DNA of 9,294 nucleotides from a virus (Duplodnaviria; Heunggongvirae; Uroviricota; Caudoviricetes): IMG/VR virus record IMGVR_UViG_2695420698_000011; one strand, 5' to 3'. Shown piece by piece: positions 6,365 to 9,294 of this stretch (position 1 is its first letter; each line of letters starts with the position of its first letter). The notes under the pieces were generated by a model. It saw only the letters and a program-made list of their open reading frames with translations, ran no database searches and was not told where the DNA came from. The position numbers and the translations under genes were made by a program.

Positions 6365-7130
6365 TGTGCTGAACCATATTATCTGGGCGAAGCCGTCCGG
6401 ACGCTGGAACGGATGCAACAAGGAAAGCCTGCGGGCGTATTTCCCCGCCACAGAGCGCATTCTGTTCGCGGAACATTATCAGGGGCCGTATCGTCCGAAA
6501 GATGCCGGGTATGCGGCGAAGGGCAGTGCACTGAAACAGCATGTGATGGCCCCGCTGATTTCTTACTTTCGTGATGCGCGAGCTGCCCTGGGGATAACGG
6601 CAAAACAGATTGCAGATGCCACAGGAAAGAAAAACATGGTGTCGCACTGGTTCAGTGCCGGTCAGTGGCAGTTGCCGAATGAAAGCGATTATCTGAAATT
6701 ACAGGCGCTGTTTGCCCGGGTGGCAGAAGAGAAGCATCGGCGTGGTGAACTGGAAAAGCTCCACCACCAGCTGGTGGATACGTATACCTCACTGAACCGG
6801 CAGTATGCGGAGCTGCTGAGTGAATATAAACATCTGCGGCGGTATTTTGGCGTGACGGTGCAGGTGCCGTATACCGATGTGTGGACGCATAAACCGGTGC
6901 AGTTCTATCCCGGGAAACATCCGTGCGAAAAACCGGCAGAAATGCTGCAGCAGATAATCAGCGCTAGCAGTCGTCCGGGTGACCTGATTGCAGATTTTTT
7001 CATGGGGTTGGGTTCGACAGTGAAAGCGGCACTGGCGCTCGGGCGTCGTGCAATTGGCGTTGAGCTGGAGACTGAACGTTTTGAGCAGACGGTTCGGGAA
7101 GTACAGGATTTAGTCAGCCAGAACGGATGA
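6365..7130 (+). CDS. DNA methyltransferase, N6-adenine/N4-cytosine (beta-class) family, C-terminal 255 codons visible; 5' end inside the N run
   Basis: Translation contains HPCEKPAEML (HPTQKP-like motif) and DFFMGLGST (FxGxG AdoMet motif) with an internal HTH-like segment LGITAKQIADATG; stop TGA 7128-7130. The DPPY catalytic motif would lie in the masked part. Confidence 0.75.
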
Positions 7131-7170
7131 TATTGAAGAATTAATTACGCGTCGTTATTATGCGGCTCCC

Positions 7171-7246
7171 GGCCCTTTAGCTCAGTGGTGAGAGCGAGCG
7201 ACTCATAATCGCCAGGTCGCTGGTTCAAATCCAGCAAGGGCCACCA
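7171..7246 (+). tRNA. ileZ: tRNA-Ile2 (anticodon CAU, lysidine type; ileX/ileZ-like), 76 nt with encoded CCA
   Basis: Hand-folded cloverleaf: acceptor GGCCCTT/AAGGGCC, D arm GCTC..GAGC, anticodon loop CTCATAA, T arm GCTGG-TTCAAAT-CCAGC; close to my recollection of E. coli ileX. Confidence 0.8.
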
Positions 7247-7253
7247 TCACATA

Positions 7254-7330
7254 CCGCCATTAGCTCATCAGGAAAGAGCGCCAGCCTTCGAAGCTGGCTG
7301 CGCGGGGTTCAAGTCCCCGATGGCGGTCCA
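7254..7330 (+). tRNA. argN: tRNA-Arg (anticodon UCG), 77 nt with CCA
   Basis: Hand-folded: acceptor CCGCCAT/ATGGCGG, D arm GCTC..GAGC, anticodon stem CCAGC/GCTGG with loop CTTCGAA, T arm CGGGG-TTCAAGT-CCCCG. Gene name follows the ileZ-argN-argO order recalled for phage 933W; ends may be off by 1 nt. Confidence 0.65.
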
Positions 7331-7343
7331 TTATCTGCATCAT

Positions 7344-7420
7344 GCGTTGTTAGCTCAGCCGGACAGAGCAATTGCCTTCTAAGCAATCGGTCACTGGTTC
7401 GAATCCAGTACAGCGCGCCA
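7344..7420 (+). tRNA. argO: tRNA-Arg (anticodon UCU), 77 nt with CCA; G-U wobble at acceptor pair 4-69
   Basis: Hand-folded: acceptor GCGTTGT/ACAGCGC, D arm GCTC..GAGC, anticodon stem ATTGC/GCAAT with loop CTTCTAA, T arm ACTGG-TTCGAAT-CCAGT. Confidence 0.75.
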
Positions 7421-7530
7421 TATTCATTCTTCCAGATTCCTTCCGGCAGAGCCTTATACTGAAATATACCTGGCTCAGGATATTGTTGAAAATATTTTAT
7501 GTTTGTCAAAAATAAAAGTTCTGTTAAGTA

Positions 7531-7884
7531 TTGATTGAGTGTTTGTTATACGGTCTAATGGTTTTTTCAGCATTAAATATTTATCATTCATATGGTGTGG
7601 GTAGAGTGAATATTGATGAGGCGTCGGGGTGTTTCATCCTTAGGCAGCGTATTGATATAGTCAATGCAGCACGAGCAAAGGCCTTCAGCCGTTTGACAGT
7701 TTTGTTCTGTACTCCTGATCGTCTTTCGGGAAGAGACGTTATTATTCTGAATAGTGATGCTATACAGAGGGTTTGCGATGAGTTCATGGTTGCTAATTCA
7801 GAATTATTTGCTCTTGTTCAGGAGTACAACAGAATAGCCAGGACCTGTGGTATGGATGAACTTCGGATTACTCATCTGGGGTAG
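7531..7884 (+). CDS. AT-rich hypothetical cargo protein, up to 117 aa (start uncertain: TTG 7531 or ATG 7558)
   Basis: ORF track; visibly AT-rich compared with flanking genes; 8 of 11 Arg codons are AGA/AGG/CGA/CGG and 3 of 11 Ile codons are ATA, the codons read by the three tRNAs just upstream. No obvious SD; no family recognised. Confidence 0.45.
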   Translation: MIECLLYGLMVFSALNIYHSYGVGRVNIDEASGCFILRQRIDIVNAARAKAFSRLTVLFCTPDRLSGRDVIILNSDAIQRVCDEFMVANSELFALVQEYNRIARTCGMDELRITHLG

Positions 7885-8075
7885 ATACATATCTGGATTA
7901 TCACCTGTTACGGTAAAAAGTGATTGCTTACTGTTTTTGTGAATGGCATTGCAGCAGCCGGATAATGTCAGTGCTGGCTGACGGTGTGCTGGTGGCGGGT
8001 GTGGTGGTTGTTGCTTTCCCGTTGCTGAAAAAGAAAACGCCAGACTGTTAGCCGGGTATCAGTTAGCGGGAGAAA

Positions 8076-8120
8076 TTTTTAAATACTTCACAATTCAGGC
8101 GGTTGACTGTTGTCTGGTTT
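8076..8120. repeat. copy 1 of an approximately 40-bp direct repeat (TTTAAAT..TCACAATTCAGRCGGTTGACWGTTGTCTG), runs into N gap
   Basis: Near-identical to 8366..8420; contains an inverted repeat CAGAC..GTCTG and a TTGACA hexamer. Confidence 0.6.
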
Positions 8121-8242
8121 NNNNNNNNNNNNNNNNNNNNNNNNNNNNNNNNNNNNNNNNNNNNNNNNNNNNNNNNNNNNNNNNNNNNNNNNNNNNNNNN
8201 NNNNNNNNNNNNNNNNNNNNNNNNNNNNNNNNNNNNNNNNNN
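8121..8242. other. 122-nt N run
   Basis: Literal n characters; the sequence resuming at 8243 repeats 7331 onward. Confidence 0.95.
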
Positions 8243-8256
8243 ATTATCTGCATCAT

Positions 8257-8333
8257 GCGTTGTTAGCTCAGCCGGACAGAGCAATTGCCTTCTAAGCAAT
8301 CGGTCACTGGTTCGAATCCAGTACAACGCGCCA
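8257..8333 (+). tRNA. second copy of tRNA-Arg (UCU), 77 nt, differing from the 7344..7420 copy by A instead of G at acceptor position 69
   Basis: Same sequence as 7344-7420 plus 13 nt of identical upstream spacer, except ACAACGC vs ACAGCGC, which makes the acceptor stem fully Watson-Crick. Confidence 0.75.
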
Positions 8334-8345
8334 CACTTATTTTCC

Positions 8346-8373
8346 CTGGCTCGCTTTTGCGGGCCTTTTTTTT
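8346..8373 (+). terminator. rho-independent terminator after the second tRNA-Arg (GGCTCGC-TTTT-GCGGGCC plus T8)
   Basis: Near-perfect 7-bp stem (one mismatch) followed by TTTTTTTT at 8366-8373. Confidence 0.6.
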
Positions 8374-8420
8374 AAATGTCTCACAATTCAGACGGTTGAC
8401 AGTTGTCTGTTTTGCGGGGA
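8366..8420. repeat. copy 2 of the approximately 40-bp direct repeat
   Basis: Matches 8076..8120 with a few substitutions; here the inverted repeat CAGAC-N11-GTCTG is perfect. Confidence 0.6.
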
Positions 8421-8612
8421 GTTTGTTAAAAGAAACTGGCATGGTGAATCCCCCTGTGCGGAGGGGCAATCAGCGAGTAGGTATATGGGATAATCGCGGA
8501 TTCAGGTGCTGGTACTGAATTCACCGGGAGGCACCCGGCATCATGCAATGGCACATAGCGCCACTCTCCAGCCCTCTCCGGAGGGGCTTTTCTGTGCCGG
8601 ATACATCACAGT

Positions 8613-9192
8613 NNNNNNNNNNNNNNNNNNNNNNNNNNNNNNNNNNNNNNNNNNNNNNNNNNNNNNNNNNNNNNNNNNNNNNNNNNNNNNNNNNNNNNNN
8701 NNNNNNNNNNNNNNNNNNNNNNNNNNNNNNNNNNNNNNNNNNNNNNNNNNNNNNNNNNNNNNNNNNNNNNNNNNNNNNNNNNNNNNNNNNNNNNNNNNNN
8801 NNNNNNNNNNNNNNNNNNNNNNNNNNNNNNNNNNNNNNNNNNNNNNNNNNNNNNNNNNNNNNNNNNNNNNNNNNNNNNNNNNNNNNNNNNNNNNNNNNNN
8901 NNNNNNNNNNNNNNNNNNNNNNNNNNNNNNNNNNNNNNNNNNNNNNNNNNNNNNNNNNNNNNNNNNNNNNNNNNNNNNNNNNNNNNNNNNNNNNNNNNNN
9001 NNNNNNNNNNNNNNNNNNNNNNNNNNNNNNNNNNNNNNNNNNNNNNNNNNNNNNNNNNNNNNNNNNNNNNNNNNNNNNNNNNNNNNNNNNNNNNNNNNNN
9101 NNNNNNNNNNNNNNNNNNNNNNNNNNNNNNNNNNNNNNNNNNNNNNNNNNNNNNNNNNNNNNNNNNNNNNNNNNNNNNNNNNNNNNNNNNNN
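8613..9192. other. 580-nt N run
   Basis: Literal n characters; flanking sequence 8421-8612 and 9193-9294 has no confidently callable gene. Confidence 0.95.
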
Positions 9193-9294
9193 TCCATATG
9201 ACTGAAAAAGATATTCCGCATGATGGCTGGATAACTGTATCAATCACAATCCACTTCATTTAGTTTCCTTGTTTATGCCTTGCTGGTGATGTTC

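Noticed and set aside
7421-8612. Shiga toxin genes (stxA/stxB) downstream of Q and the tRNAs
   Set aside because: Looked for them because of the Q-ileZ-argN-argO context, but the visible translations do not resemble StxA or StxB; only the AT-rich ORF and N gaps occupy the slot.
8543-8612. Possible CDS start ATG 8543 (MQWHIAPLSSPLRRGFSVPDTSQ) running into the 580-N run
   Set aside because: Only 23 codons visible, contains a hairpin (CCCTC-TCCG-GAGGG) and no SD; cannot be supported.
5753-9259. Track ORFs spanning N runs (5753..6460, 5784..7130, 5817..6647, 5830..6372, 8063..8326, 8103..8375, 8110..8295, 8506..9201, 8521..9243, 8541..9221, 8543..9205, 8606..9259)
   Set aside because: They are open only because N translates as X. 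Only the visible 6365..7130 part of the methyltransferase frame is supportable. The minus ORF 8063..8326 and ORF 7309..7509 are reverse reads of the tRNA genes.
1-9294. CRISPR array, rRNA, integrase or transposase
   Set aside because: No spacer-repeat periodicity and no matching ORFs in the visible sequence; the N runs could hide such features but nothing supports them.

Overview
The window reads as a mosaic lambdoid (Qin-like) prophage segment with every supportable gene on the + strand. In order: a string of small translationally coupled early/nin-region genes; a Hok-family toxin (hokD-like) with its terminator; a rem-like small ORF; a DUF968/YdfU-like protein with a C-terminal HNH-like zinc motif; a RusA resolvase; a Q antiterminator; a lambda-like PR' late promoter with pause element and tR'-like terminator; a late-operon small winged-helix gene and a DNA N6A/N4C methyltransferase (N-terminus masked); a tRNA cluster (Ile2-CAU, Arg-UCG, Arg-UCU); and an AT-rich ORF in the slot where Stx phages carry stxAB, with Arg/Ile codons matched to those tRNAs. 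The sequence is not clean: there are N runs of 7, 1, 1, 498, 122 and 580 nt, and the rusA 5' end, part of Q and one tRNA-Arg are present as extra, partly diverged copies abutting those N positions. This pattern suggests scaffold joins or collapsed paralogous prophages rather than necessarily real duplications. No CRISPR, rRNA, integrase or transposase is visible. All family assignments are from reading the translations and from recalled synteny; no database search was run.
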